Virus record (IMG/VR): IMGVR_UViG_3300045988_155739
Location: 1 to 38,336 of that record
Reading direction: 5' to 3' (one strand)
Length of the DNA: 38,336 nt
From: a virus
In this document: positions 37,960 through 38,336 of the stretch, in pieces
Layout of the letters: the number at the start of each line of letters is the position of its first letter
Numbering within the stretch: the first letter of the stretch is position 1
Notes under the pieces: model-generated
Seen by the model: only the letters and a program-made list of their open reading frames with translations
Databases searched by the model: none
What the model was told of the DNA's origin: nothing
Translations under genes and position numbers: made by a program

Positions 37960-38207
37960 AAAATTACTCCTGATAATAGTAGTATGTACTTATTTTAATC
38001 TAAATATTTATAAAAAACTAGACTTCGCCCTGAGCGAACTATTGAAAACAGCTAACTCTAGAGAATTAAGACATTAAAATTGTCGAAAACTTCTTGAGCT
38101 ATATTATGTAACCCATTTGTCGAAAAGTTTTTCTTGACAATGCTAAATTCTGCTGTATAATTAAGACAAATAAAGAAACGCGTTTCTCTGATGAGGAGAA
38201 AAAATAT

Positions 38208-38336
38208 ATGGAAAATAATGTAACAATAATTCCAGAAAATGAATATCAAAAAATTAAAAATGAGTTAGGTAAAGAAAATGAGTGGTTTTCTAGAATGGAA
38301 ATTGAAATTTTGACACAAAGGCTAGGCGAAATTTAG
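38208..38336 (+). CDS. Small ORF ending inside the right att repeat
   Basis: 'MENNVTIIPENEYQKIKNELGKENEWFSRMEIEILTQRLGEI'; RBS gaggag; the TAG stop is the last triplet of the repeat copy. Confidence 0.45.
   Translation: MENNVTIIPENEYQKIKNELGKENEWFSRMEIEILTQRLGEI
38323..38336. repeat. Putative att core, right copy (TAGGCGAAATTTAG, truncated by window end)
   Basis: Exact match to 172-185; may extend beyond the window. Confidence 0.65.

Overview
The window is a near-complete siphovirus-type prophage from a low-GC Firmicute-like host, lying next to a host tRNA-Arg(CCT). It runs from an integrase/repressor end (left), through recombination (Sak3-like SSAP plus YqaJ-like exonuclease), replication, accessory, packaging (TerS/TerL), portal/head, tail and lysis genes, to a right-end accessory module. 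A >=14-bp direct repeat (TAGGCGAAATTTAG) occurs at 172-185 and 38323-38336 and is the likely att core. The standout observation concerns in-frame CGG codons. By eye I find 13 in-frame CGG codons in recognisable coding sequence, and all 13 sit exactly where the reading frame breaks. In all 13, skipping the C and reading the next triplet GGA or GGT (Gly) restores the family-typical protein. Examples are YopX-like 'QFTGLHDKNGKEIYEG', TerL 'DESIRGEVPKGLFKQITITLNPW' and portal 'DKNGNPVMIENPERK'. Two genes need two such events each. I found no in-frame CGG that is simply read as Arg, while about 50 out-of-frame CGG trinucleotides (e.g. AAC GGA, ACG GAT) cause no problem. This pattern suggests codon-specific +1 recoding or quadruplet decoding (CGGN -> Gly) throughout the phage, rather than random pseudogenes. 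Secondary observations include a tail assembly chaperone whose downstream part has no start codon, an (AG)14 microsatellite in a small ORF, a lone DUF6527-like protein, likely lysogenic-conversion genes, and structured intergenic regions. Family names are from recalled motifs; no database search was possible.
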